From a virus: 37,716 bases of DNA. The notes beneath the pieces are model-generated. The model was not told the DNA's origin. It did not search any database and worked only from the letters and a program-made list of their open reading frames with translations. The stretch is taken from IMG/VR virus record IMGVR_UViG_3300045988_027439; one strand, written 5' to 3'. Shown here piece by piece: positions 1-8,792 of this stretch. The first letter of the stretch is position 1. Every line of letters begins with the position of its first letter. The position numbers were made by a program, and so were the translations under genes.

Positions 1-99
1 CTTTTTTTTGTGACCGTGCATGTTCCAACATGCCACCCCGTACCCTCGAACGCAAACTCAAGACATGCTCTGATTGTCTGTTCATCCGATTCAAAGCCA
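1..99. repeat. Terminal overlap copy 1 (identical to 37618..37716)
   Basis: Base-by-base comparison shows all 99 nt identical. The reading frame of the tail gene is continuous across the join. Confidence 0.95.
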
Positions 100-368
100 T
101 ACGGGAAAGCCGTCCCCTCCAACTCCTCGACATTGAGAACGGCAGTGTATTTGTTGAATTGTTCTCCCTTTTCAACTGCTTTTATGACAAATTCATCTGT
201 TTTTGTGCGTATATAATATTCTTCTTGCAATAAACCAACCAACGCTCCCGACGCAGGATATGCAAATGTCATTTCCTTGTCACCGGAATCCAGTGTCGTG
301 GTGATTGCTCTGTCTTTGAATCCGGACAGTGTTCCGATTCTTTTCTTTCTGTCATTAAAAATTTGCAA
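1..368 (-). CDS. Tail-tip / minor structural protein (tail endopeptidase-like), N-terminal part; continues across the circular junction into 35604..37617
   Basis: TTG start at 368, 6 nt after AGGAGGTG (382..375). My translation QIFNDRKKRIGTLSGFKDRAITTTLDSGDKEMTFAYPASG...GWHVGTCTVTKKRTIDEQENITAWDVLQKC runs in frame into the 637-aa ORF. Total 2382 nt = 793 aa. Position after Dit is as expected. Confidence 0.75.
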   Translation of the reverse strand, partial: MQIFNDRKKRIGTLSGFKDRAITTTLDSGDKEMTFAYPASGALVGLLQEEYYIRTKTDEFVIKAVEKGEQFNKYTAVLNVEELEGTAFPYGFESDEQTIRACLEFAFEGTGWHVGTCTVTKK

Positions 369-380
369 CGCTCTCACCTC

Positions 381-1079
381 CTAAATCCACATTGGAGTGT
401 ACTTGATTGTCACTCTTGCGTTTGTATCAGAGAATGTGAGTGCTGTTTCTCCCGACTTTAGCACTGGAAACGCCCATAAATCCACTTTGTCAAATGCGTT
501 CGCCCCGTCGATTGTCACAAGTCCGGTTTTTGCGTCAATCACAACCGTTTTTCCTGCTGCAAGACTTTCCACGATGATGTCATCGTCTCCCAACCCGCCG
601 ATTGTGTAGTTCGTCAAGACTTTCTTTGCATATACCTCTACAACGCACGGAGCGTCCCTTGTGCCTACTTTATAGAACGACGCAGAGGTTTTCCCATCAA
701 ACACGATTGAGAGGTCATCATCAACAAAAAAGCCGTCAAATTCGATATTCACAACATATCGTTCTTTCACATTCTTTTTCTCATAATCATTCGATGTGAT
801 GAATCCGATATACGTTCCTTTGTAGCCGTCAAGTTCCAGCTTGCAAGCCTTTGTGAAATTCATCATAAACTCTGACGCTACCCGAATGATATTGTTTCTA
901 TTCTTGCCCTTGAAATAAATTGAAAGTTTCAAACGCCCCATCTGAACCTCTGTCTCAAATTCCGTCGGCAATGCTGCTCTCGTCAGCCATTCATAACTAT
1001 TCGAAAATGAGGGAGGCTGCACATCGGCGGTCAACTGTTTTGCATTATATTTTCTGATGTCTATACCATTTATTTTCAT
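381..1079 (-). CDS. Distal tail protein (Dit, siphovirus tail family)
   Basis: 232 aa, immediately downstream of the tape measure gene. The sequence (MKINGIDIRKYNAKQLTADVQPP...) looks like the phage tail family typical of Dit. Confidence 0.7.
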   Translation of the reverse strand: MKINGIDIRKYNAKQLTADVQPPSFSNSYEWLTRAALPTEFETEVQMGRLKLSIYFKGKNRNNIIRVASEFMMNFTKACKLELDGYKGTYIGFITSNDYEKKNVKERYVVNIEFDGFFVDDDLSIVFDGKTSASFYKVGTRDAPCVVEVYAKKVLTNYTIGGLGDDDIIVESLAAGKTVVIDAKTGLVTIDGANAFDKVDLWAFPVLKSGETALTFSDTNARVTIKYTPMWI

Positions 1080-1088
1080 CGCCCTGTT

Positions 1089-4000
1089 TTACCTCCCTTT
1101 TCTTCTATCCGTAACCATTTGTGCATCAACTTTTGACACGGTTCTGCTTGCAACCTCGTCTCCGTCGATATAGGTGTGATTCGTTACATAAACAATATTT
1201 GATTTTTGAACGGCATCCAGTTTCTTGTCGAGGATGTTGTTCAATTTGTTGTAAAATTCCGCAAGTGGCAAGATTGCCTCGTCTCCTGCCTCGCCTCCCA
1301 CCATGAGGTTGTTGCCGTTGATTCCGAACATTGTCGGGTTCGTCATGATACCTCCGGATTTGTACCAACTGATTCCAAAATGAGGCACAGACGGCGGGTT
1401 AATTGAAAAGCTTCCACTAATCGAAATATGCGGTAATTTCAACCGTGGCAATGACCAACTAAAATTGAACGCACTTTTTATTCTTTCTAATGCGTTTGAA
1501 ACCGTTGACTTTGCACTTTCCATTTTTGAAGAAAATGCAGACTTTATCCCGTCCAGTATGGAGGATGCGGTTGACTTCGCACTGGATAATTTTGACGAAA
1601 ACGCTGACTTTATGCTGTCGAGTTTTCCTCCGGTCAATGTGTTCGCCTGCGACATGAGAGAGGTCATTGTATCTTTCACGCCCTTAAAAGATGTGGACAC
1701 AATTCCCTTGATACCGCCTCCGGCGTTCGTGTACGCCGTTTTCATATTGTTCAATTTTGTCGAAACATTTGTTTTCGCCGTCTCCATGAGAGAGGTCGCT
1801 TTATCTTTGATATTGGTAAAATCTGACGACCACTTTGTCTTGATCTCCGAAACCTTTGTTGAGAATCCGGTTTTGATCTCATTCAGCTTGTTGGTTGCAT
1901 TATTTTTCCATTCGGTCATTTTTGTCGTGACCGTGGTTTTCATGTTCTCCCAACCGGACGACACATTTTCCTTGATGCTCGAAATTTTTTCAGAAAATCC
2001 GGTTTTGATTTCCTGTAATTTGTTTGACGCATTGGTTTTCCATTCGGTCATTTTTGTCGTGACCGTGGTTTTCATGTTCTCCCAACCGTCTGAAACCTTT
2101 TCCTTGATCTCGGATGTTTTTTCGGAAAATTTTGTTTTTATTTCTGAGAGTTTTCCTCCGGACAAATCATCAACAAATGTGAATCCTGTGGAATAATATC
2201 CTTTGATTCCCTCCCATCCGGCAGCAACAACGCCCTTGATACCGCCTCCGTTTTCTTCATAGGCGGTTTTCATGTTCCCCAGTTTTTCCTTTGCCGTTTC
2301 GGTCGCTGCTGACATGAAATTGTGAACGGTGGCCTTTACGCTGCTGAATACTTTCGTCGTCTCTTGTCCGATGGTGCTATTTTTTATATTATCGCCGATC
2401 TCTTTGACCTTTTCCGTGACCGCCTCTTTCGCTTTCGTGAACGCTCCCGTGATGGTCTCTTTGATTGCATTGAATTTTTCATTGATGTTGCCCCACAATT
2501 CGGACAATTTTTCTTTGACCGTATCCCAGTTTTTATATAGGGCGACACCTGCTGCAATCAGTCCGGCAATCAGCGTCACAATCAGAATAATCGGACACAA
2601 GCTCATGACTGCGTTCAATGCGGTCTGTGCTGCCGTCATTCCTCCGGTTGTTGCTGTGGCTGCTGTTGTTGCTGCCGTATGTGCTGCCGTGGCTGCTGTT
2701 CCTGCCGTATCTGCTGCCGTTCCCGCTGCCGTGGCTGCTGTCTTTGCCGTAATCTTTGCAATTATCTTTGCAGCTCCGGACACAAATTTCTGTCCGGTCG
2801 TTATCGTGCTAGAGATTCCCTTTGCTACTTTTCCAAATCCGATTGACAACGGACCGATAGCAGCAACCACAAGGCCCACCTTGAGGATTGTTTGCTGTTG
2901 GCTCTCGTCTAAATGTCCGAACCATTCACTTAATAGGTGTACTTTTTCGGTAAATTCTTTTACTATTGGCGCAGCCGATGACATCACTGTTTGTCCGAAC
3001 TGTAATGTCGTATTTTTCAACTCGTTTAATGCGATTTTTATATCATACGATGTTGTTTTCATTTTGCTAAACGCCGTATCTGTCGCACCTGTTGAATTTC
3101 TCATTTCTTGTAAAGTTCCGTTGAAAGAATCTGCTCCATCTCCTAAGAGAATCAATCCTGCTTTTGCTGCCTCGGACGATGAAAACATATCTCCCATAGA
3201 CAGATTTTGTTCTTTTGCTGCATCATTGATAATGCTTAATACATCCGCAAGGCTTGAACCGCTTGACATTAATTCCCCGAAAGATTTTCCCGTCTTTTCT
3301 CTCAATATTGTATCTGTTGTACTTCCTGTTTTTCCAAGTTCGTTCAACATTGAGTTCATATATGTCGTTGATTCTGCTGTTGCAACACCGTTCGCCGTCA
3401 TTATTGCATAGCCTGTGCATAACTGGTCTAATGCCACGCTGTTGGCATTTGCCGTCGGAATAACTTTTCCCATCGCTGACGATAATTCAGCAACGGTTGT
3501 TTTTCCTAAATTTTGTGTCTGTATCAACATATCTGACACATTCGTCACTTCGGTCGCCTCTAAACCATAAGCGTTGAGAATAGTCGTCAATACATCCAAT
3601 GTATTTCCGGATTCTGCAAATCCCGCTGTTGCTAATTTTGTTGACTCTCTTACGAAATTTACAGCATCACCCGTTTTTTGTCCTGCACTTATCGCATTAT
3701 ATACATTGTCTGCTATATCTCCCGCTGCAATTCCTGTTTCATTTGATAAACTCAGAATTGCATCTGACATGTCATCAACAGACATTACGCTGTCATCCAT
3801 AATTGTTGATACTTTTGCAATATCATCCTCAAAGTCAATCGCCATTTTCCCCGATGCCGTTGCAAAAGTCGCCAGTCCCGTTGACACGACTGACATTTTT
3901 TTTCCGAAACTCTCCATCTTTTCGCCCGTTGTCTCACAAGCCTTTGCGAATGTTTCGAGTTTATGATTCTTTAATTGTTCGTTTACATCTTTCAGTTCTG

Positions 4001-4490
4001 CCTCCATGTTCATGAGGGCAGTCTTTGACTTTTCCGTCTTTACCGTCTGATTTGCAAGTGCGGTCTCTGTCTTTCCGATTGCTGTCTCATTTGCGGTGAA
4101 CTCTTTCTCTAACTTGTCGAGTTCATCCTTGAGTGCTTTTGACTGCTCGGAGTTCTTTCCGGTCTCTGCCGTTGATTTCTCATAAGCCTCTTTCGCAGCA
4201 TCAATCTTTGTTTTGAGTTCCTCCTGCTTTGTCTTTTGGTCTGACAGTTTCTTTGTCAACTTCTCCTGCTGCTCACTGTTCAACTGCACGATGTTCTTTT
4301 GCACCGTGATTTTTTGAGTGAGCGATTCGGCTTTTGCCTTGAGGCTGTCTGTTTCTGACCCGAACAACTTTGCTTTCGTCGCTGCCGTCGTATATTCCGC
4401 AGACAAGACTTTCATCTGCGATGCTGCCGATTTCATTTGTGATTGATAACTGCTCGAATCTGCCGATATTTTGACGCTTGTATAAGCCAT
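1089..4490 (-). CDS. Tail tape measure protein (TP901-family core)
   Basis: 1133 aa with an N-terminal coiled coil. Core resembles TP901 TMPs (IAAGDIADNVYNAISAGQKTGDAVNFV...LGKTTVAELSSAMGKVIP). Also has an Ala/Thr-rich transmembrane segment and C-terminal tandem repeats. RBS GAGGAGG lies 7 nt upstream. Confidence 0.92.
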   Translation of the reverse strand: MAYTSVKISADSSSYQSQMKSAASQMKVLSAEYTTAATKAKLFGSETDSLKAKAESLTQKITVQKNIVQLNSEQQEKLTKKLSDQKTKQEELKTKIDAAKEAYEKSTAETGKNSEQSKALKDELDKLEKEFTANETAIGKTETALANQTVKTEKSKTALMNMEAELKDVNEQLKNHKLETFAKACETTGEKMESFGKKMSVVSTGLATFATASGKMAIDFEDDIAKVSTIMDDSVMSVDDMSDAILSLSNETGIAAGDIADNVYNAISAGQKTGDAVNFVRESTKLATAGFAESGNTLDVLTTILNAYGLEATEVTNVSDMLIQTQNLGKTTVAELSSAMGKVIPTANANSVALDQLCTGYAIMTANGVATAESTTYMNSMLNELGKTGSTTDTILREKTGKSFGELMSSGSSLADVLSIINDAAKEQNLSMGDMFSSSEAAKAGLILLGDGADSFNGTLQEMRNSTGATDTAFSKMKTTSYDIKIALNELKNTTLQFGQTVMSSAAPIVKEFTEKVHLLSEWFGHLDESQQQTILKVGLVVAAIGPLSIGFGKVAKGISSTITTGQKFVSGAAKIIAKITAKTAATAAGTAADTAGTAATAAHTAATTAATATTGGMTAAQTALNAVMSLCPIILIVTLIAGLIAAGVALYKNWDTVKEKLSELWGNINEKFNAIKETITGAFTKAKEAVTEKVKEIGDNIKNSTIGQETTKVFSSVKATVHNFMSAATETAKEKLGNMKTAYEENGGGIKGVVAAGWEGIKGYYSTGFTFVDDLSGGKLSEIKTKFSEKTSEIKEKVSDGWENMKTTVTTKMTEWKTNASNKLQEIKTGFSEKISSIKENVSSGWENMKTTVTTKMTEWKNNATNKLNEIKTGFSTKVSEIKTKWSSDFTNIKDKATSLMETAKTNVSTKLNNMKTAYTNAGGGIKGIVSTSFKGVKDTMTSLMSQANTLTGGKLDSIKSAFSSKLSSAKSTASSILDGIKSAFSSKMESAKSTVSNALERIKSAFNFSWSLPRLKLPHISISGSFSINPPSVPHFGISWYKSGGIMTNPTMFGINGNNLMVGGEAGDEAILPLAEFYNKLNNILDKKLDAVQKSNIVYVTNHTYIDGDEVASRTVSKVDAQMVTDRRKGR
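1850..2110 (-). repeat. Tandem 132-bp (44-aa) repeats inside the tape measure gene
   Basis: The string ccattcggtcatttttgtcgtgaccgtggttttcatgttctcccaaccg occurs at about 1908 and 2040. The protein repeats are GWENMKTTVTTKMTEWK(T/N)NA(S/T)NKL(Q/N)EIKTGFS. Confidence 0.85.
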
Positions 4491-4506
4491 TCGGTCGCCT
4501 CCTCTC

Positions 4507-5034
4507 TTACTGATTTTCGTTGATTGTATCTAATTCAAATTTTAAGTAGTCCAACAACGTGACAATGTTCTCTTTCATGCATTGACTGTATGAGTTTTTC
4601 AATAGCCGAATCGCAATTTTCACAACACGGTCAACAATTTCCCCGCAGACTTTCCATTGATTTTCCTCCGGTTGTTCATCCTCGTCCTCATATCCGTTTT
4701 CACGGTCATAGTCATCGAATGCGGATGCCTCTTTTTCTACCTGTTCAACCTCGACAATGCTCAACATCTTCTCTGCAACAATGTTCTGCATGATGAAATG
4801 AACCGTCTTGATTGCCGTCAGAAATTCAACTGCATCAATCTCCCCAACTGCTGCAAGCGACAATTCATTCCTGAACATCTCCTGCATTATCTTTTTGTTG
4901 AAAAACATCACTCCGGAGAATTTCTCCGTGTCATTCTTTTCCATGAGACTGATGTATTTTTTATACTGTTCTACCGTTACGGAATTGATGAAAAGTCTCT
5001 CACCTCTGCAAGTGACCTCGATTTCCGGTATCAC
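4507..5034 (-). CDS. Tail assembly chaperone, T-like frame (probably made as a G-T fusion by -1 frameshift; GTG start possible)
   Basis: Lies between the G-like chaperone and the tape measure gene. It is in the -1 frame relative to 5031..5348 with a GTGA overlap. The C-terminal half is acidic. Confidence 0.7.
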   Translation of the reverse strand: MIPEIEVTCRGERLFINSVTVEQYKKYISLMEKNDTEKFSGVMFFNKKIMQEMFRNELSLAAVGEIDAVEFLTAIKTVHFIMQNIVAEKMLSIVEVEQVEKEASAFDDYDRENGYEDEDEQPEENQWKVCGEIVDRVVKIAIRLLKNSYSQCMKENIVTLLDYLKFELDTINENQ

Positions 5035-5348
5035 TTGCCACTCTGAAAATTTTTCTCGATGTTCTCCATTCTCTTGGTGAGTTCGTCTGCAATTCCCATG
5101 TCGATGAACTGGAACTCAAGAATCAAACCTGCTGCATCAAGTCCGGTCTCCGGATTCTTTAATTCCTCAACGGTGAACTGGTCTCCGTATGCTTTGCAGA
5201 TAAAAAGACCCATCGCCTCAATGTCCTGCTTTGAATATCTCTGTTTTGCGTCGATAACCTCTGCAAGTTCGAGATATTCCGTGTATGTGTCGATTGACAT
5301 TTTCGGCATTGTAAACTCTTTGTCATTGACTATAATTTTTCTTTTCAT
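5031..5348 (-). CDS. Tail assembly chaperone (G-like)
   Basis: 105 aa, directly after the major tail protein gene. AGGAGG lies 7 nt upstream. This is the conserved position for the gene. Confidence 0.7.
   Translation of the reverse strand: MKRKIIVNDKEFTMPKMSIDTYTEYLELAEVIDAKQRYSKQDIEAMGLFICKAYGDQFTVEELKNPETGLDAAGLILEFQFIDMGIADELTKRMENIEKNFQSGK
5046..5052 (-). promoter_or_regulatory. Candidate -1 programmed frameshift slippery heptamer A_AAT_TTT (G/GT chaperone pair)
   Basis: Zero-frame codons are GAG AAA AAT TTT CAG AGT GGC AAG TGA. After a -1 slip the frame reads TCA GAG TGG CAA GTG ATA CCG, which is the frame of 4507..5034. Confidence 0.6.
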
Positions 5349-5377
5349 GATTTATCCTCCTGTTATATGCCCTCTTA

Positions 5378-6013
5378 TTAGCCTAAACCGCCGTTTTTCT
5401 CCTGCACTTTGCTGAACCATGCCTTGATTGCCTCTGCTGCCTTTGTGTCTCCGGAAACGAGGTTTGATTCGTCGACCGAAATCTCATACGCATTGTCAAG
5501 ACTTCTCTCATAGAATGAACCCTTGATGCTCTTTGTTGTCGGAGACAATTTGCCCTCTTTTGTGCTCGCCTCCTCACTGATGCCCTCTGCAAACTTTCCG
5601 GCGTATAACCATTTGAAATCATACTTTCCGTTGAGTTTTCTTTCTCTCCATCCGACAGCAACCTCCGGTGCTTTGTCATCCGCAGTCTTTACAAGAAAAC
5701 CGTTCTCGTATAACTGACCGAAAAGAATTTGTCTGTCCTGTGGTGCAAGTGCATTGACCTCAAGTTCGATTTCTGTTCCCTCATAGGAATTGATGACTTC
5801 CTCTGTTCCATCGTCAGAGTAAATCTTTTCAGAACTCCACTTTTCGTCAACCTTTGCTTTGATTGCTCTTGCCAGTTTGACCGGAGTTTCTGCAACGTAT
5901 GCTTTCGCATCGTTCTGTGTGAGTTTTGCGATGTAGAAATCTCTACAACCGCAAGTTCTACTCCTCACAATCTTCTGTTCTGTGCCGCTAACCTGTGTTA
6001 CTGTTTCGCTCAT
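5378..6013 (-). CDS. Major tail protein (phi13/TP901-1-like)
   Basis: 211 aa, positioned between the connector genes and the chaperones. The sequence looks like this family (FYIAKLTQND...GWRERKLNGKYDFKWLYAGKF). Confidence 0.8.
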   Translation of the reverse strand: MSETVTQVSGTEQKIVRSRTCGCRDFYIAKLTQNDAKAYVAETPVKLARAIKAKVDEKWSSEKIYSDDGTEEVINSYEGTEIELEVNALAPQDRQILFGQLYENGFLVKTADDKAPEVAVGWRERKLNGKYDFKWLYAGKFAEGISEEASTKEGKLSPTTKSIKGSFYERSLDNAYEISVDESNLVSGDTKAAEAIKAWFSKVQEKNGGLG

Positions 6014-6015
6014 GT

Positions 6016-6378
6016 CTATTCCTCCATTTCATAAAACTTTGAAAACCTTTGTGCTTTCATATAGATTCCGTCCTCCGGCTTTGAATCGTCTCCGTTCCTG
6101 CCATCAAATGAGAAATCATTTTCTTTCATGAGTGACTTGATTTCTCTCGCAAGTTCAACCTCGTCATTCTCTGAAAATATAGTGACCTGCACTGACAGCA
6201 TCACTCCCTCTGCATCATCGTCCGAAAAATTCTCGTCGTTTTCTCCCAAATCCCACAATGTCACATGTCTGTCATGGATGTTTTTGTCATACCATCCTTG
6301 CATCACAATGATCCTCCTGTCTGATATTGGTTTCAATGCGTCGGATGCATCTTTGATGATGTCCGGACTGCTGCTCAT
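6016..6378 (-). CDS. Tail completion/terminator-like protein (by position)
   Basis: 120 aa, between the HK97 gp10-like gene and the major tail gene. RBS GAGGTG. No specific motif recognised. Confidence 0.45.
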   Translation of the reverse strand: MSSSPDIIKDASDALKPISDRRIIVMQGWYDKNIHDRHVTLWDLGENDENFSDDDAEGVMLSVQVTIFSENDEVELAREIKSLMKENDFSFDGRNGDDSKPEDGIYMKAQRFSKFYEMEE

Positions 6379-6387
6379 GCTCTCACC

Positions 6388-6837
6388 TCATTTCAATGTG
6401 TTGTCTAAATAGGATTGATATTCCTGTTCTGCGATTTTTTGCAGTTCCGCATCTGCCTCACGCCCTGTTGCGTAAATAAATTCTTGAGGCGGTCGATAGA
6501 TAGTACCCCAGTTTATGAATTTCACATAAAAGTGTTCGCTATTGTCCGACTTTTCCCATCCGACATCTGCTGTTGCTCCTGTGTCTTTCATTTTGACTGC
6601 TCCCATCGGTATGCTGTCCGCTGCATGTGATGTCACGGACGACTTTGAACCGAAACCTCTACCGGATAATTTGATGTCTGCCGATTTCGGAATTTTGCCG
6701 GACATGATGTTTTTCACAACTGGTTCGCTTTGCTTTACAATCTTTTGATTGACCTCTTTTATGTCCTCGTCGCTTGCTGCGTCCTCAAATGCTTTCATAA
6801 GTTCTTTCAAGCCTTGAAATTCCATTTCGATTTTCAC
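6388..6837 (-). CDS. HK97 gp10-family head-tail joining protein
   Basis: 149 aa with a GTG start after GGAGGTG. Recalled family features: MEFQGLKELMKAFE...HFYVKFINWGT. Confidence 0.7.
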   Translation of the reverse strand: MKIEMEFQGLKELMKAFEDAASDEDIKEVNQKIVKQSEPVVKNIMSGKIPKSADIKLSGRGFGSKSSVTSHAADSIPMGAVKMKDTGATADVGWEKSDNSEHFYVKFINWGTIYRPPQEFIYATGREADAELQKIAEQEYQSYLDNTLK

Positions 6838-6866
6838 TGCATCACCTCCGGTGTCAGATTATGACA

Positions 6867-7184
6867 CTATGCTCCCGCTCTACATTTCAACTGATATTTC
6901 CTGTCGTCTGTGAACATCGGACACGCATCATATATCTTGAACTCAACGCCTTTATATACTGCGTAGAACTCTTTCAGATTCAATCTGATTTCCTCCATCT
7001 TGTCGCAGGCTCTCGTTTCAAACATGATTGTGTTCTCAAGACCTATCTGCAACGCATTGTATTTTTCATTTGTTCCCAAACTCTTGACATCACACCAACA
7101 TGAGAAAAACTCCTTTTCCTCCTGCTGTCGTCTACCGTCAACAACACTTGTTGTCTTGCGAATTATCTCGATTCTGCCTGTCAT
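6867..7184 (-). CDS. Head-tail adaptor / head closure protein (SPP1 gp16-like)
   Basis: 105 aa. Motif-like stretch RIEIIRKT...FFSCWCDVKSLGTNEKYNALQ...IMFETR. ATGA overlap with the upstream gene. Confidence 0.7.
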   Translation of the reverse strand: MTGRIEIIRKTTSVVDGRRQQEEKEFFSCWCDVKSLGTNEKYNALQIGLENTIMFETRACDKMEEIRLNLKEFYAVYKGVEFKIYDACPMFTDDRKYQLKCRAGA

Positions 7185-7489
7185 TCTGCTGCACCTCCGT
7201 ATATTTCTTTCAATAGCATGGAAGAAACGGCAGCGGATAGCGTTTTCGTGTCGCTCCGGTACTTGTCACGGTTGTCGTACAGTTCTTTCACGGACATAAA
7301 TGCAAGCAGTTTTTGACGGCTTGCGAGGTTGTTCCGGTCGAAATTCGGAATCAGTTCCGTCATTTCATCCAGTGTCGTGTCAAGCATCAATTCAAGGATT
7401 TCGATGTCGTCATCATAGTCGATATGACAATATGTCTTGCATGTAGCAATCAGACCGCCTCTGTACTTCTCTTTTTCTTCATCCGTCAT
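7181..7489 (-). CDS. gp6-like head-tail connector protein
   Basis: The ORF track starts at a TTG (7507). The ATG at 7489 follows AGGTGAG and is preferred. Sequence MTDEEKEKYRGGLIATCKTYCHIDYDDDIEILELMLD is typical of gp6-like connectors. Confidence 0.65.
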   Translation of the reverse strand: MTDEEKEKYRGGLIATCKTYCHIDYDDDIEILELMLDTTLDEMTELIPNFDRNNLASRQKLLAFMSVKELYDNRDKYRSDTKTLSAAVSSMLLKEIYGGAAE

Positions 7490-7509
7490 GTTCTCACCTG
7501 CTTTCAATA

Positions 7510-7532
7510 GCAGGACGGATTCACCGCCCTGC
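7510..7532 (-). terminator. Hairpin just after the major capsid gene (possible attenuator or mRNA stabiliser)
   Basis: Minus-sense GCAGGGCGG-tgaat-CCGTCCTGC gives 9 bp with one G-U. The same position is an A-C mismatch on the plus sense, so the structure favours the minus-strand RNA. The U-tract is weak. Confidence 0.35.
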
Positions 7533-7539
7533 TGCCATA

Positions 7540-8772
7540 TTACCCGTTGATAACTTCTGTAATCTGGCCCTTGATGACTGCCCCCTTGTCAACAGGCTGC
7601 ACATCGAAACGGTCACGCACCTTGATTCCGGTCATGTCCTTATCCCATAAACCCGCACCTTTGTCATTGAGGTCGATTGTGAGGACGTTTCTGTCAAAGA
7701 GTGTGACTGCCTCTTTTAAGTCACCGCAGAAAATAGGATGCTTGTACCCGTCGATTGTGTGACCATCGGTGTTCATAATCTTCTCGGATGCAAGAGTTTT
7801 CTTTGATAATTTGATGATAGGATATTCACCGAAAAGCATCTTTCCCTTTGTCTGCTGTGTCGGGTCTTTCTGTAAAATATAGTTGCCGTCTTTATCCTTT
7901 AACTTGTCAAGGTAGTTGAAACCGCTCTGATTTGTGATAACAACTGCATTGTCAGCGATTGCAGGGTCTAACTGCTCATTGAAAATATCCTTGAGGCTGT
8001 CAAGGTTCTCGACTGTGACCTCTTTCCCTTTTGTCATCTCATTGAGTACTTTGAGAATCATTGCGTTACGGGTTGCCTTTGTTTTCTTGGCAATCCATTT
8101 GTTGATGTATGCCATGATGTTGGATGCTGTGTCCTCAAGTAACTCTGCTGTCATCTTGAGGATTCCACCCTTTTTCTTTACCTTGTACTCAATCGGTAAA
8201 AATTTCGGTTCGTCCATCTCCGGAAAATCCGCAGCCTCGTCAACATTGTCAAATGGTGTTGATTCTGCATCAACCTCAATGTTTCGTGTTCCTGTCTTAG
8301 TTGTTACGCCCTCGACATTGACATACTGTTCAAGGTTGTCGGATGAACGACGCAACTCGATGATGTCTGTTCTGATGTCCTCCGGAATTGTCACGCCGAT
8401 TCCGACCTCTCCCTCACTTCCTGCGGTTGTGTCGGATGTGAGTGCATCCTTGTACACCTTGATGTCTGCCTCGTCTGCCTCTTTGTGCAGGAATCCGGCT
8501 TTGACAATGTTGACAAATGATTTCACGATGTTCTTTTTGTCCGGCTTGACATCCCCGCCGACCTGCTTTGCAGTTCCATCCTTGACCTTGTTCTCGATGC
8601 CGTCCTGCTCGTCCTCGTCTAAATCATAGAGGAGGTTGAATCTGTTCTGTAATTCTACGAGTTCCTCCTTTGCTGCTCTTGCCTTGTCGAGTTTTCCATC
8701 GTTCACAAGGCTCTTGACTTCATTTTTCTTGTCGTTAATCTGCTTTAATAACTTCTGTAATTCCTTATTCAT
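7540..8772 (-). CDS. Major capsid protein, HK97 family (with N-terminal delta/scaffold domain)
   Basis: 410 aa with an N-terminal coiled coil (MNKELQKLLKQINDKKNEVKSL...). Follows the ClpP-like protease gene, as in HK97-type heads. Confidence 0.9.
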   Translation of the reverse strand: MNKELQKLLKQINDKKNEVKSLVNDGKLDKARAAKEELVELQNRFNLLYDLDEDEQDGIENKVKDGTAKQVGGDVKPDKKNIVKSFVNIVKAGFLHKEADEADIKVYKDALTSDTTAGSEGEVGIGVTIPEDIRTDIIELRRSSDNLEQYVNVEGVTTKTGTRNIEVDAESTPFDNVDEAADFPEMDEPKFLPIEYKVKKKGGILKMTAELLEDTASNIMAYINKWIAKKTKATRNAMILKVLNEMTKGKEVTVENLDSLKDIFNEQLDPAIADNAVVITNQSGFNYLDKLKDKDGNYILQKDPTQQTKGKMLFGEYPIIKLSKKTLASEKIMNTDGHTIDGYKHPIFCGDLKEAVTLFDRNVLTIDLNDKGAGLWDKDMTGIKVRDRFDVQPVDKGAVIKGQITEVING

Positions 8773-8792
8773 GACTTTCTGTCCTCCATTTC

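Noticed and set aside
1465-3966. Long plus-strand ORFs (243, 360 and 130 aa) opposite the tape measure gene
   Set aside because: They are antisense shadow ORFs. Their composition is low-complexity (F/V/S/A-rich), they have no RBS, and they lie wholly inside a well-supported 1133-aa TMP gene.
7934-8629. 231-aa plus-strand ORF opposite the major capsid gene (similar cases at 9660..9965, 27299..27835 and 33449..34243)
   Set aside because: These are antisense shadows of strongly supported minus-strand genes. They have no Shine-Dalgarno, and their composition is serine/leucine-rich and unlike real protein.
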